From contig OZ024740.1 in the NCBI GenBank assembly GCA_964016885.1, positions 262,880,001 through 262,944,000 on the forward strand: a stretch of 64,000 bases of DNA, given 5' to 3'. Position numbers and translations under genes: made by a program. Of this stretch, positions 1 to 13,450 are shown one piece after another (the stretch's first letter is position 1; each line of letters begins with the position of its first letter). A model generated the notes under the pieces. The model saw only the letters and a list, made by a program, of their open reading frames with translations. It searched no databases and had not been told where the DNA came from. Origin of the DNA: Eledone cirrhosa (Eukaryota).

Positions 1-2444
1 TCAGGACGTATCGGAGGGTTCTTGCTGTTCCACGCAAGCATGCCTTTTGAAGCGTTCCAAAAAGCGTGAAGGGGCCGATTTTCTTTAACCATCCCTGGAA
101 ACTTTTGGAGATAGTCCCCAGTGCGCCTATGACAATCGGGATCACTTTGACTTCATGGCAGTTCCAAATCCTTTTCACCTCCCACTTTAGGTCCTGGTAT
201 CGGTTAATTTTCTCCCTCTCCTTCTCTTGCACTCTCGTGTCGAACGGGCAGGCCACATCCACAATCAGACACGATCTTTTTTCTTTGTCCACAACCACCA
301 GGTCAGGTCTATTGTGTTCCAGTTTTTTGTCCGTCTGTATCCTAAAATCCCACATCACCTTCACCTGATTGTTCTCCATCACCGCCTCTGGCCTATGCTC
401 ATACCATTTCTCAGAATGTGGTAAATTGTTTACTTTGCACAGGTGCCAGTGGATCACCCTGCCCATCACATCGTGTCTCCAGCCCTTATAGTGGGTCTGG
501 GCTAGGGGTTTACACTCGGACACAATGTGAGCCACAGTCTCCTCTCTCTCTCCACAGATCCTGCACAGTGGGCTAGCCTCCTCCTTGTAGATATGGTGCT
601 TCAACCACTTCGTTTTGAGGGCCTGCTCCTGCGCAGCCATTAGCATTCCTTCTGTAGCCTTTTTGAGGTCTCCTCTTCTCAACCAGTTCCATGTCTGTGG
701 ATCTCTAAATTCAGTTTTCTCAAAGAAGGTACTATGAAGGGATTTTCCCTTAAGGCTGCTCTTCCTCCTTGTTATTTCCTCCTTGGACATCCCCTGGCCT
801 ACTGTCCCCTCCTTCAGTACAGTTCTGAGCATTGGCTCCTTACTATAGGTCACGTATTTGTATAGGTTGTTTTTCTCCATCTGAACACAGTCCTCTATGC
901 TGATAAGACCTCTTCCACCCTCAGATCTCCTTAGGTAGAGTCTATCGACATCACTCCTCTTCTGGAACATGTTGTAGATAGTCAATAGCTTCCTAGTCTT
1001 CCTATCTATTTCTTTTTGTTCAGCAACATTCCATCTCAGAATTCCCGCACTGTACCTAATAATAGACACAGCTCGGGAATTTACTGCGCTTATGGCATTT
1101 CTGCTGTTCAGATGTGACTTCAATACGCTCCTTACTCTCCGACTGTATTCAGTTCTTAACAATTCCTTCATTTTTTTGTTCTTTATGCCATCAGCCTCCA
1201 GAACGCCCAAATACTTGTATCCTTCCTCAGAGTCAATTTCCTTTATCATCTCACCTGTTGGTATCTGGATCCCGTTACTTCTGCTCAACCTACCCCTCTT
1301 CATCACAATGACTCCACATTTACCAATACCAAACTGCATACATATATCACTGCTGAAAATACGGACAGTGTCAACAAGCACATCCAACTCCTTCTCACTT
1401 TTCCCGAAGAGCTTAAGATCGTCCATGAAGAGGAGGTGATTGATGGTAAGCTCTCCCCTTCCCAACTTGTATCCTGCTCTCACTTTTCGCAGCATAATGG
1501 TCAAGGGCATCAGGGCAAGGACAAACAACAGAGGGGACAGGCTATCTCCCTGGAAGATATCTCTCTTGATCTTCACGCTTCCCAAGGATACTCCAGTTGA
1601 TGTCAACTCTGTCTCCCAGGACCCCATACTCCTGCCCAGCAACTGTCTGATGTTATCTGCCACCCTGAAGACCTCCAGGCTTTTGGTGATCCAGGAATGA
1701 GGCACCATGTCAAATGCCTTTCTGTAGTCTATCCATCCCATGGCAAGATCAGTGTGTCTCCTCCTGCAATTCCCCATTACCATCTTATCAATAAGCAACT
1801 GGTCCTTTGTACCACGTGACTTCTTTCGGCATCCTTTCTGTTCGTCCGGTAACAAGTTGTTTGTGTGGAGGTGATGGTAGATTTCCTCAGACACAATGCT
1901 CGTCAACAGTTTCCACATTACGGGCAGACATGTGATAGGTCTATAGTTGGTAACATCATTACCCTTGATTCGGTCTTTCATTATCAGAACTGTGGTACCT
2001 TTTGTCAACCACTCTGGCACCTCACCCGACACCAAGCAGTCATTGAACATGGCCGTCAGCTTCGGGTGGAGGGATGTTAAATGTTTAATCCAATACCCCT
2101 GCACACCATCTGGGCCTGGTGATTTCCAGTTGGTTAGTCTTTTGGCTTGCCCCTTAAGAGTTTCAACTGTGATACTCAAATCAGTCTGTTGTTGTGCCTT
2201 CTCACCGATCTCCCTCTGTACTGTCTCAATCCACCCTGCCTGGGCATTGTGTCTAACATCCTGCTCCCATATTCCTCTCCAGAATATTTTAGCTTGTTCC
2301 GCCCCAGGGATCAAGTCGTTGCCTCTTTCTTTCCCCTCAAGCTGTCCAAACAGCATCTTCTGGTTGTTGTCGAACATGCGGTTCTGTCTTCTGGTTGTTG
2401 TCGAACATGCGGTTCTGTCTTCTGGTTGTTGTCGAACATGCGGT
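1..2444 (-). mobile_element. 5'-truncated R4/Dong-like non-LTR retrotransposon, copy 1 (RT + CCHC + restriction-like endonuclease), frameshifted; 3' end runs off the window
   Basis: Minus-strand translation gives NWKSPGPDGVQGYWIKHL, NYRPITCL, IFQGDSLSP, INHLLFMDDLKLFG, YKYLG, CRICG..EETVAHIVSEC and WDFRIQTD...RPDLVVVD. It sits next to (TAA)n. Confidence 0.9.
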
Positions 2445-2446
2445 TC
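2357..2446. repeat. About 3 tandem copies of a 31-bp ORF-derived sequence at the 5' truncation point
   Basis: TCTTCTGGTTGTTGTCGAACATGCGGTTCTG is repeated three times. Confidence 0.9.
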
Positions 2447-2467
2447 TTCTTCTTCTTCTTCTTCTTC

Positions 2468-2546
<79 letters not shown>

Positions 2547-2560
2547 TTATTATTGTTGTT
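2444..2560. repeat. (TTC)n-(TTA)n microsatellite, the tail/target of the Dong-like elements
   Basis: Direct reading. Confidence 0.95.
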
Positions 2561-4061
2561 ATTACTCTCTGAGTCTCAGTCATTGATGTTAGTTAACTGG
2601 AAAGTTTGTTGAAATGAATATCAAGCCACTACCTGCAGCCTCAGATATTCAGGACGTATCGGAGAGTTCTTGTTGTTCCCAGCAAGCATGCCTTTTGAAG
2701 CGTTCCAAAAAGCGTGAAGGGGCCAATTTTCTTTAACCATCCCTGGAATCTTTTTGAGATAGTCCCTAGTGCGCCTATGACATTCGGGATCACTTTGACT
2801 TCATGGCAGTTTCAAATCCTTTTTACCTCCCACTTTAAGTCCTGGTATCGGTTAATTTTCTCCCTCTCCTTCTCTTGCACTCTCGTGTCGAATGGGCAGG
2901 CCATATCCACAATCAGGCACGATCTTTTTTCTTTGTCCACAACCACCAGGTCAGGTCTATTGTGTTCCAGTTTCTTGTCCGTCTGTATCCTAAAATCCCA
3001 CAGTACCTTCACCTGATCGTTTTCTATCACCACCTCTGGCTTATGCTCATACCACTTCTCAGAATGTGGTAAATTGTTTACTTTGCATAGGTGCCAGTGG
3101 ATCACCCTGCCCATCACATCATGTCTCCAGCCCTTATAGTGAGTCTGGGCTAGGTGTTTACACTCGGATACAATGTGAGCCACAGTCTCCTCTCTCTCAC
3201 TACAGATCCTGCACAGTGGGCTAGCCTCCTCCTTGTAAATATGGTGTTTCAACCACTCCGTTTTGAGTGCCTGCTCCTGCGCAGCCATTAACATTCCTTC
3301 TGTAGCCTTTTTGAGGTCTCCTCTTCTCAACCAGTTCCATGTCTGTGGATCTCTAAATTCAGTTTTCTCAAAGAAGGTACTATGAAGTGATTTTTCCTGA
3401 GGCCTGCTCTTTCTCCTTGATGTTATTTCCTCCTTGGACATCCCATGGCCTATTGTCTCCTCCTTCAGCACAGTTCTGAGCATTGGCTCCTTACTATCAG
3501 TCACGTATTTGTGTAGGTTGTTTTTCTCCATCTGAACACAGTCCTCTATGCTGATAAGACCTCTTCCACCCTCAGATCTCCTTAAGTAGAGTATATCGAC
3601 ATCACTCCTCTCGTGGAACATGTTGTAGATACTCAATAGCTTCCTAGTCTTCCTATCCATTTCTTTTTGTTCAGCAACATTCCATCTCAGAATTCCCGCA
3701 CTGTACCTAATAATAGACACAGCTCGGGAATTTACTGTAGTTATGGCATTCCTACTGTTCAGATGTAACTTTAATACGCTCCTTACTCTCCGAATGTATT
3801 CAGTTCTTATCAATTCCTTCATTTTTTTGTTCTTGATGTCATCAGCCTCCAGAACGCCCAAATACTTGTATCCTTCTTCAGAGTCAATTTCCTTTATCAT
3901 CTCACCCGTTGGTACCTGGATTCCGTTACTTCTGCTCAGCTTACCCCTCTTCATCACAATGACTCCACACTTACTAATACCAAATTGCATACATATATCA
4001 TTGCTGAAAATACGGACAGTGTCAACAAGCACACCCAACTCATTCTCACTCTTCCCGAAGA
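2561..4061 (-). mobile_element. 5'-truncated R4/Dong-like retrotransposon, copy 2 (RT thumb, CCHC, REL endonuclease, 3' UTR)
   Basis: ORF 2812-4038 contains CRICSEREETVAHIVSEC and RPDLVVVD...DMACP...EKINRY. There is a premature TGA at 2812 and the natural end (LLGTTRTLRYVLNI*) is at 2641. Highly similar to 1-1410. Confidence 0.9.
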
Positions 4062-4476
4062 GTGGAGAGGCAAGTGCTGCCTTCTAGCCAATTTGTTGAA
4101 AGGTGGATGAATGTAGCGAGAATGGTCCGAGTGAACGGGACCGCTCTGAATATACGTCTGTAGTTTGAGAAATGGAAACATTTAGAGAGGGCGCTTGCCC
4201 TGGTGGTCAGTGTGGCCTTCGTCTTTTGTGTGGCTTTCGCCACGAGTAACCCTCGGAGGTTTCCCCCCTATTGGGGAAATTTTCATTGTTTCAATTTTCA
4301 TTTTTATTGTTTATATATATGTATGTTTCTATGTCTTTTTTTCTTTTCTTATATCAATAATAACAATTTTTAAATGTACAAAACCCACATCGTACCGTCC
4401 TGTGCCGTCTGTAATGTTTTTCTTGATGTCAGCCCTTGTGACCAATAAAGAAATCATTATTATTATTACTATTATT
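4061..4476 (+). mobile_element. 3' fragment of L1/Tx1-clade LINE (ORF2 end, 3' UTR, AATAAA, (ATT)n tail)
   Basis: GAAAGGTGGATGAATGTAGCGAGAATGG matches 10041-10068. It ends AATAAAGAAATCATTATT, like 10371-10428. Confidence 0.85.
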
Positions 4477-4678
4477 GGTCTAATCGGACGTATTTTGCTC
4501 GCTCCCTGTAAGTCGCTTTATTTGCCTGTTAAAATTATTTGTTGTTAAATATTTCTTGTTGTGTAAGAGATATAAGCCCTTAGACTTTTCCCTGTGAAGG
4601 GGAAAGTATATATTGGCCTTTGGGCCCAAATATTTGAACTTTTTCTATATGTTAAAAATTTTACGAAGAAAAAAAAAC

Positions 4679-6665
4679 ATGGCTGAGCCACGCACCCAGC
4701 GATATATCTGCTGTCGTGCGACAACGAGGTAGAAGTTGATAGGAGCGCTAGAGCGAAATTAACACAAATTGATAACACAAACAACACCACAAACAATGTA
4801 AACAAAGACACCAATGATACCAATGAGAACTCTAATTTTGAAAAAAATGACAGTAACAGCGACAACGAAAACACAGATAACAAAAAAAAATGACAAATGC
4901 AACAACAATATCAACACCACTAACATGAAAACAAATAGCGACAACACCAACAGCAACAATACCAACTGCACCGAGAACAACGGTGGCAACAAAGACAACA
5001 ATGATAACAGCGACAGTGATAACAACAACACCAACAAGAACAATGACAACGACAACAACACCCCCAACGAAAACAAGAAGAATACTGTCGCTGCGGCTGC
5101 AGCAAAAAAGAGGCCATCCTTCAACATGGACCTCTCAAACAAAGATGAAAAATTGGCCCAGGCATGCAAGCTCATCAAGCAAGATCAAACCTGGGTCCTC
5201 TTAACTGTCCCGGTAGAAGCTATTGTGGCAGTGGAGCGCAGAACGGTCCATTATAGATGAGTCTCAGCACAAACCAAAAAAGCAGCTTTAATCCCACAAG
5301 CAGATGTCGAAGTCGCGCTGAGGTGCATCAGAGAAGACACCGAATACATAGAGAGGGGCAGACAGTACGGCACCATTTCGGTGTTGTTCAAGTCAGAAGC
5401 CCTCGCTATGAAACACGCTATGACTCCTTGCAAAACCAGCAAGGTCATAATGTACCCCTCCCAAATGGGAAAAAGAACGGCCTGTCTGCGCATTCCCAGA
5501 ATCCCACCAGGACTTGACATGTTGTGGCTTCTGGGATGTGTGATTGTTAGGGGACGGATACCGTCCCTATAGAAGTGACCAGAACGGCCAGAGAGGACTG
5601 GTCCGTGGTTGACCTGGATATCCTTCTCCAGATCAGGTCCGAGAATGTGAAGACAATCCCGGACCACATCCGCCTTCAGAATGGGACAGTCATTCACATT
5701 ATGACTAAAGCCAAAAGGCCGCAGTGTTTTGTTTGTGGGGAAAAAAACCCATTTGCGAGCCTTCTGCCCTCAACAGCTGAAAGAGGCAAGAGGTCGAAAG
5801 GCTCCACTGCTGCCGACGCCTGGGCGAGGACCAAAAATACACCAGCACCGGCAAAACCACCAACAACAACACCAATAGAAAGACCACCACCAACATTGAC
5901 CACCAAGGTGGAAAACGAGGAAAGCTGTCAAATACCCCCCCCCCCCCAAAAAAAAATACACACACCAATAAAACCATAAACATACATACAGACACGCTTA
6001 CAGACACAGACCCCTCATCTACCAATAGTGAAGATGAGGGAAAAGCAAAATCCCCCAAAATACAAAAAAGGGAACACAAAAAGAAAAAAAACTCAACAAA
6101 GCACAAAATCACCCACAACAAAAAAACGCAGACACCACCCACGCAAATATCTCTCCAATAACACCAACTTGAACACCACCATCACCATCACCAGAATCCC
6201 CCAAACGCAAACAACCTAAACAGACGCAAGAACAAATATACACACAAACATCTGAAACCACAGACACCCCACTCACAACAAACACAGACACAACCGAAAC
6301 AACACCACCAAAACCATCACCACTACAGCCACGCAAACAAATAAAATCGCACCAACAAAACATACAAAACTTCGTTCGCGTCAGGAGGGCGAACAGGGAA
6401 CTGATGGCCCTCATAGCACGAAGTGAAAATATACAAAAAGAGGGGGTAATATTTAAATCGGAGCACATTTCGCGTGCCGGAAGATTTGGTTCTGGTGCGA
6501 ATGTTGATCGATTTATACAAAGAAATACGAGACAGCTTTCCTCGGGACGTGGGAACCCCGAACGTAAAACGCAATTCAAGACTTTTAAAGTGGTTCCCAA
6601 CAGAAACCCCCCCAACTATGGAGGTCGAACAACCCGAACTTCACAAGTGCCCGGAAGGTAAGTAA
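4679..6665 (+). pseudogene. LINE ORF1 (Asn/Thr-rich N-terminus, zinc knuckle, low-complexity C-terminus), frameshifted
   Basis: ORF pieces 4814-5260, 5381-5572, 5575-5979 and 6474-6665. CFVCGEKN/HLRAFC gives CX2CX4HX4C across a frameshift near 5745. Confidence 0.7.
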
Positions 6666-6697
6666 ACCTTTCCTCTCTCTCTTTTTAACCTGCCAAC

Positions 6698-9600
6698 ATG
6701 GCCGTATTAAGAGTAGGATGTTTAAATGTTCGAGGCCTGGGATCGTTCTGGAAGCAGGGTCACCTGCTCAACGAACTCAGGTCTCTAGAAATGGATGTAA
6801 TTGCCGTCAGCGAGACCAGGAATTCCGACACGCGCGCACTAGCCCCCATTTTCGACGACTATCAGATCTTTGTATCTGTTAGCCAGCCGGGAATGGGAGG
6901 CGGGGTGGAAGTGCTGTTTAGGAAAGACATGGATCTCGAGGTAAGGTCGAACTTCCGGGATCCGGACGGGAAGGTGGTGGTCCTGGACGTGAACAATAAC
7001 GAAGGTGGTGCCTTTAGACTGGTGGCCGTCTATGCTCCTACTGGGGCAGGACGGCCGGACATCTTTAGATGCCTGGAAGCCTTTCTGGGTACGTCTCGCC
7101 CTTTACTGTTAGCGGGGGACTGGAACGGCATCTTAGACGCACGCTGGGACTGTGTGGGAGTATCCGATAGGAGCGGGGGGGGGAGTGTGTGCAAAAGCCT
7201 CAAGAACCTGATCAGCCAGTTCCAACTGTCTGACAGGTACCAAATAGATTTCCCTAATGCGCCAGTGTGGACCTGGACTAACCGCATAGGGTCATCTAGA
7301 TCGTATATAGTCAGGATATTCATTAGGAAAATAGACAGAAATAGTGTAAGCTGTCCAGGTTTTGAAACGTCGCCTATTCAGTTCACCAGTTTGTGATCTG
7401 TATGGTCGACCTAGAAAAGACGCGTAGGTTAGGACTTGGTTACTGGAAGCTAAACATGTCATTTCCGGCACGTAATGCTTACAGGGACGAGGTCAACAAT
7501 TTAGTTAAGAATAAGTTGACAGGGGGAGTCGTCAACAATAGATGGCGGGGGGGGGGGGGGCTCTCGAAAGAGAGATTAGAGAAATGTCGATAGAGTTTAG
7601 CAAAGAGGTAGCGTTAGAGAAAAATAGAAAGGAGGGGGAGGTGGTAGATAAGTTAGACGAGGCTACTGGTAGTGGCATTGCAACTGACATGCTAGCGGCG
7701 AGAATGGCATTAGATGAATTCTTCAATGCGAAACATGAAGGTTGCATTGTCAGAGCTAAGGCGGGTGCTCTGAGAAACGAGGGAACCAAAGCTGTTCGAG
7801 GGGCGCGCGTGACAGAGGCACAGCGTGGTAATAAAACTACGATTCGGTCTTTGACGGACCGAGACGGACACGAGCTGAGCGATTCCAAGCGGATGTGTGA
7901 GGCCTTTCGCCAACATTTTGCTCGGTTGTTCGGGGGAAGTGGCGGGTCAGAGATGGTGGCGGATTTCAGTCCCTACCCTGGATGGCTTGCCGCAACTCTC
8001 GACGGTTGACGCTGGGCGCTGCGAAAGGCCAATTACTTCAGCCGAGATTCAGGGTGCCCTTGTCGGCTGCATGAGGCGCAAGTCACCCGGTTTGGATGGT
8101 CTGCCCTACGAGCTTTACGTAAATATGCCAGACTTGTTCTCCAATCTCCTCGAAGCCCTCTACTGCAACTGGCAACAAAACGGGAGTATTCCCAGTTCTG
8201 TGAGCCGGGGCGTATTGACGCTGATAAGGAAAGACGAGAACAAGAGGGACACATTAGACAATTTCAGGCCCATAATGCTGCTCAACACAGGGTTTAAGAT
8301 TTTGTCCAGGGTGTTTACGAAGAGGTTGGCTCTTGTCGTCGGGGATTTGGTTGAGAAGGCGCAAACTTGCGCAATCCCAACCAGGTCCATACACAACAAC
8401 CTCCACCTAATGCGATATATCATAGAGAGAGTAGGGTATAAACCTGGCTTCGGTGGGGCTCTTATCAATTTAGATCAATCGAATGCATTCGATAGGGTAG
8501 ACCATCCGTACCTGGAGGCTGTCCTCAATGCGGCTGGCTTCGGCCCCGTCTTCAGAAGCTGGATCGCTGCAATGCACAGCGGCACCTGCTCGATTGTCAA
8601 AATTAATGGCCACCTCTCGGAACCGTCTGAGGTCTCCCGATCGGTCCGTCAAGCGTGCCCTCTCTCTTCTCTTCTGTAGGTATTGACTCTCGAGACTTTA
8701 CTGCAGAACCTGGAGCTGTTGCTCGAACTGGGACGTCTAAAGGCTGTGTCGGCTTATGCGGACGACATCACCGTGATGGTGTCTGACACCTCAGAAATCG
8801 AGGAGGTCGGCAACTTATTGGAGGAATAAGAAAGTTTGACGGGAGCAAAACTTAATCCGGAAAATTTGGTGGGCTTGCAACTCGGCACCTGCAGAGGAAA
8901 GTCCATGCCGTGTAACAGCGTCGTTAGGCGCTGGACGGACGGACCGCTAAAGTTGCTCGGGGTTTGGTTCGGGCCAGACCTCCAGGTGGATAAGAATTTG
9001 GACGAGGTGACGGACAGGGTAGACAGTCTCACCCACATATGGGCTGGGATGAAGCAATCACTGAAAGGTCGGACGGAGGTGGCGAACGCGTACATCGCGT
9101 CCGTCATCTACTACCGTCTGACCGTCGGCCCTAGCCCCCGTTCGCGCCTCGCCATCTTGGAGCGGCTCCTCTTCAAATCCTTGTGGAGGGTCAGGTTCCG
9201 CTGGTGAGGCGGTCCATCTGCTGTCAGCACCCTCTACGTGGAGGGCTGGGCATGCGCAGGCACGCGCTGAGGCTGCGGCATCTCCAGATACTTTGCCTAA
9301 ACGGTGAACAGGTGTGGTCGCCGTTTGTCAGACGGGCCTTTCGGCAGCTCGTTTCTTTGACTGAGCTGCAGTCCTGGGTCAAGAAGAGACCGAGGCTGGG
9401 TGACTGGCATGTGGAATGTTGCCAGGCACTCACTGCCCTCTACCAGGCGGGCAATGCAGTCAGTGGAAATTCCACTCTCGAGTTCTATAGAGGATTAGTG
9501 TTGGGCAAGTACGACGACGCACTCGGAGACGCTCTGGGAGTCGACGAAGTCGAACTAATCAGTCTGTACCGGAGGACTTTCCAGCCGGGGACGATGGATA

Positions 9601-10106
9601 ATTTCCAAAAATCCCTCGCTTGGCAGTGCTACCGGAGGGCACTGCCGGTTCGAGATAAACTCTACAGGCACGGAAGTGCTGTCAGACTGACCTGCCCGAG
9701 ATGCGCGCAGAGCGACGAAACCGTTCTGCACGCACTCGTCCAGTGTCCGTGCATTACTGACTTCTGGAGTTATGGAACAGTTCTTGTCGCGTGTAGAACG
9801 GATCCGGCTATCGGCCGAGTCCATAGTGAAGTTGACCTGCCGCCTTCTTTTGGTCAGGAAAGACAGGCAATTTTCCTCTGTCTGGTGGCAGTAGCGAAAA
9901 AGGTTGTATGGTGGACGAGGTTGAAAGGACTGAAGACAGACACTTTTCTCTTCGGCCAATCACTCATCAACCTTTTCAAGTTTCACTTGGAAAGGAAGGT
10001 GAGGGTGGACAGAGAAGTGCAGCCCCCCAGTACATTTGCTGAAAGGTGGGTGAATGTGGCGAGAATGGCCCGGGTGAGTGGGCCTACTCTGGTCATGCGG
10101 CTGTAG
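6698..10106 (+). pseudogene. LINE ORF2: APE endonuclease + reverse transcriptase + CCHC finger, with several frameshifts and stops
   Basis: GCLNVRGL, SETR, VYAP, GDWN; KSPGLDGLP, NFRPIMLLN, LDQSNAFDRVDH, VRQACPLS, AYADD; CPRCAQSDETVLHALVQCP. Confidence 0.92.
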
Positions 10107-10381
10107 GTAGGTAAATTTGAGGAGGAGAGGGGGTGCCTTTTCAGGGTTCTTTCGAAGCGTCGGGTCGTTCAGGATTTGTAGGGTACCTGAGCGAACCCTG
10201 GGTGGTCATCCCCGCTATTGGGGAATTTGTTCTTGTAATTTTCTTGTTACTTTATTGTTACTTTGTTATTGTTACTTTGTTATTGTTATTCTTATTGTTT
10301 ACTCGATTTTTATGTAAAACCCACTGTCCCAGGCTTTTGTATTGTCCCCTATATGTCGGCCCTTGTGGCTAATAAATGAAA

Positions 10382-10428
<47 letters not shown>

Positions 10429-10734
10429 GTGGCTGTGCTTGCGTGTATGTCTAATTATATTTTATACATATGTATGTTAATTTGTGTGTGCTCCGGTAGA
10501 ATATGCATATGTTATCTGATGGGGTGTGTTTTGTATTTGTATGTATGTTTACAATTTTGCTATATGTGTATGTATGTTTGTGTGTGTATATACATGTGTT
10601 AGTTTGTCTAAATGTATTTTTTTTCTATTCAAATACCTTTTTGTAAGTAAATAACCAGAATATTGTGTGTTTTTAAATAGTTTTGTTTTATTTATTCTTC
10701 ATTAATTTCTTAGCATTTTCTTTTTATTTGAGAT

Positions 10735-13450
10735 AACAACAACAACATAACAATAATAATTGTTTCATTTATGGCCACAAGTGCCGACATATATAAAACA
10801 ATAAAATAGACGTAGACAGTGTGTGTATGTGGGGCGGGTTATACAAATCGGGTAAAAATATAAATTACGTTAACAAAATAATCAGAAACATACAAGAATA
10901 ACAACAGAGTTCCCCAGTAGCGGAGATAATCACCTAGGGTCGAATCCGGTATTCCACCAATACTGAATCACCCGACGCTTCGAGGGCACCACTCTCCTGC
11001 TCAAATCAACCAGCCTAAAGGCGCATGCTCAGAGTAGGCCCACTCCCACGAGCCATTCTCTCCACATTCACCCACCTTTTAAGAAAAGTACTGGGGGCAG
11101 CACTTCTCAGTCCACCCTCAACTTCCTTTTCAAATGAAACTCGAAAAGGTTGATGAGTGATTGGCCGAAGAGAATAGTGTCTGTCTTCAGTCCTTTCAAC
11201 CTGGTCCACCATACAACATCTTTCGCTAGTGCCACCAGACAGACGGAAATTGTCTGCCCTTCCTGGCCAAAAGATGGTGGTGAGTCTATCTTCACAATGG
11301 ATTCGGCAGACAGCCGGATCAGTTCTATACGCCACACCAGCTGTTCGACATAACTCCATAAGTCAGTAATGAACGGACACTGGACGTGTACGTGCAGAAG
11401 CGTTTCGTCGCTCTGCGCTCATCTTGGGCAGGTCCGTTAGACAACACTTCCGTCCCTGTAGAGTTTATTTCAAACCGGTAGTGCCCCCCCCCCCCCCACC
11501 CGGTACACTGCCAAGTGAGGGATTTCAGGAAGTTATCCAACATTCCCAACTCGAAAAATTCCCCCGTATCAGACTGTTCAGTTTGACTTCGTAACTCCCA
11601 GAGCATCTTCGGATACGTCGTCACACTTGCATACCACTAATCTCGAGAGAACTTGAGAGTGGAAGTTCCACTGACCACATTGCTCTCCTGGTAAAGGGCA
11701 CTGAGGGCCTAGCAACATTCCAGGTGCCAGTTACCCAGTCGAGATCAATACCTGACTCAGGACTGCACCTCAGTCAAAGAAACGAGCTGCGGAAAGGCCC
11801 GTCTCATAAACGGCGACCATACCTGTTGCCCGTTTAGGCAGAATATCTGGAGATGTCGCAGCCTCAGCGTATGTTTGCGCATCCTTAACCACGGCATGCC
11901 CAACCCTCCACGCAGAGAGTGCTGGTAACAGATGGTTCACCTCACCAACGGAAACTGTCCAATCCACAAGAAGTTGAAGAGACGTTCCAATTTGGTATGG
12001 TGTGAAGTGAACGGGGTTATGGCTCGACGGTCAGGCATTAGTAGATGACGGACGCGATGTACGCGTTCGCCACCTCCGCCCAACCTTTCAGGGACAGCTG
12101 ACTCTCGGCCCATTTCTTGGTGAGAGTGGCTACTCTGATGGTAGTCTGGTACGAACCAATCCCCGAGCAACTTTACCATGTTGTCTTTCGAACGACAGAC
12201 GACGCTGTTTCAAAACATGAACTTGCCTCTCCAGGTGCCGAGCTGCAAGCCCACCGACCTTTCCAAGTTAAGTTTCTTTCCCCTCAACCTTTCATATTCC
12301 TCCAATAAGGTGCGACGACTTTGATTTCCGAAGTATCCGATACCATCATGGTTATGTCGTCCGCATAAGACGATACAGCCTTTCCGCGTCACGGTCTTCC
12401 AGCGCGAAAGTCAATACGTGCACAAGGGAAGAAAGAGTGCACTCTTGACGGACCGAGCAGGAGATCTGCAACGGTTCTGAAAAGTGGTCATTAACTTTAA
12501 CCAACGAGCATATGTTACTGTGCATTACAGCTATCCAACCTCTGAAGACGGGACCGAAGCCAGCTGCCTTGAGGCCTGCATCCAGCTATCTATTATCGAC
12601 CCTATCAAAAGCTTTCAATTGATGTAGATTGATCAGAGGCCTACCGAAGTCAGGTTTACACCATACCCTCTCTATGCTGCATCACATTAGGTTGAGATTG
12701 TCGGAGATGCACCGTTCTTCTCGCCAACGTTTTTACGGCTTCCGCCGGGACAGTTATAGTGTCCCAGGTTTGCTCTTGTTTGACGAGCTTACATGCCTGG
12801 GCCAACTTTTTATCTTTATCGGTGTGTTCCATGCTGAAGCATGACGTCATTCTGGCTGCTGCTGCAGCGAAAGTATTCTTGTTGTTGGTAATGTTGTTGT
12901 TGATGGTGATGTCATTGTTGTTGGTGTTATCGTTGGTGTTGTCACTGTTGTAGTTGGTGTTATTGTTGGTGTTGTTGCTCTCTTGCCTTGTTTCCTTGTT
13001 ACTGTTGGTGCTGTCGCTATTCATGTTCTTGTTGGTGGTGTTGTTAATTCCATTGTTTTTGTTGCCATTGTTTTTTTTGTCTGTGTTATTGTTGTCACTC
13101 TTACTACTGTTGTTGTGTTGTTGGTGCTGGTGTTAGCGATACTGCCTTCAGTGGTGTTCTTTTTCGAAATTGTTGTGGGAGGGGCGGTGTTGTTTGCTTA
13201 AACGTTTAAGCCACTGTCAGACGACAGAAGACTTAAAGTTGGGTAAGGGGCCTGGCTCAGTCATGTATTTTTCGATAAATTTTTAAAATAAAGTTCAAAT
13301 ATTTGGGCTTAAAGCCCCTAATATTATGGGGTCGCTTTAACGGTTTGCAACAAAACATATAACACAGAGTGCAATGTAGAAACTTGAAAATTAACAAAAC
13401 TTACGGAGCGATATTGACATGCGCCCAAAGAAAAACTGACCAAAGAAAAA
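10735..13450 (-). mobile_element. Internally deleted, more diverged copy of the same L1/Tx1 LINE
   Basis: 11015-12706 aligns to ORF2 8390-10106 (RWVNVERMAR, WWTRLKGLKTDT). 12713-13265 aligns to the ORF1 start (DKKLAQACKLVKQEQTW). 5' UTR similarity extends to about 13440. Confidence 0.88.

Larger units (their letters stand above)
4477..10428 (+). mobile_element. Near full-length, decayed L1/Tx1-clade LINE (5' UTR, ORF1, ORF2, 3' UTR, (ATT)n tail)
   Basis: Two-ORF layout with APE-RT-CCHC in ORF2, a polyA signal at 10371 and (ATT)n on both flanks. Confidence 0.9.

Noticed and set aside
66-4087. Plus-strand ORFs over the Dong-like elements
   Set aside because: They are antisense shadow frames of the retrotransposon ORF.
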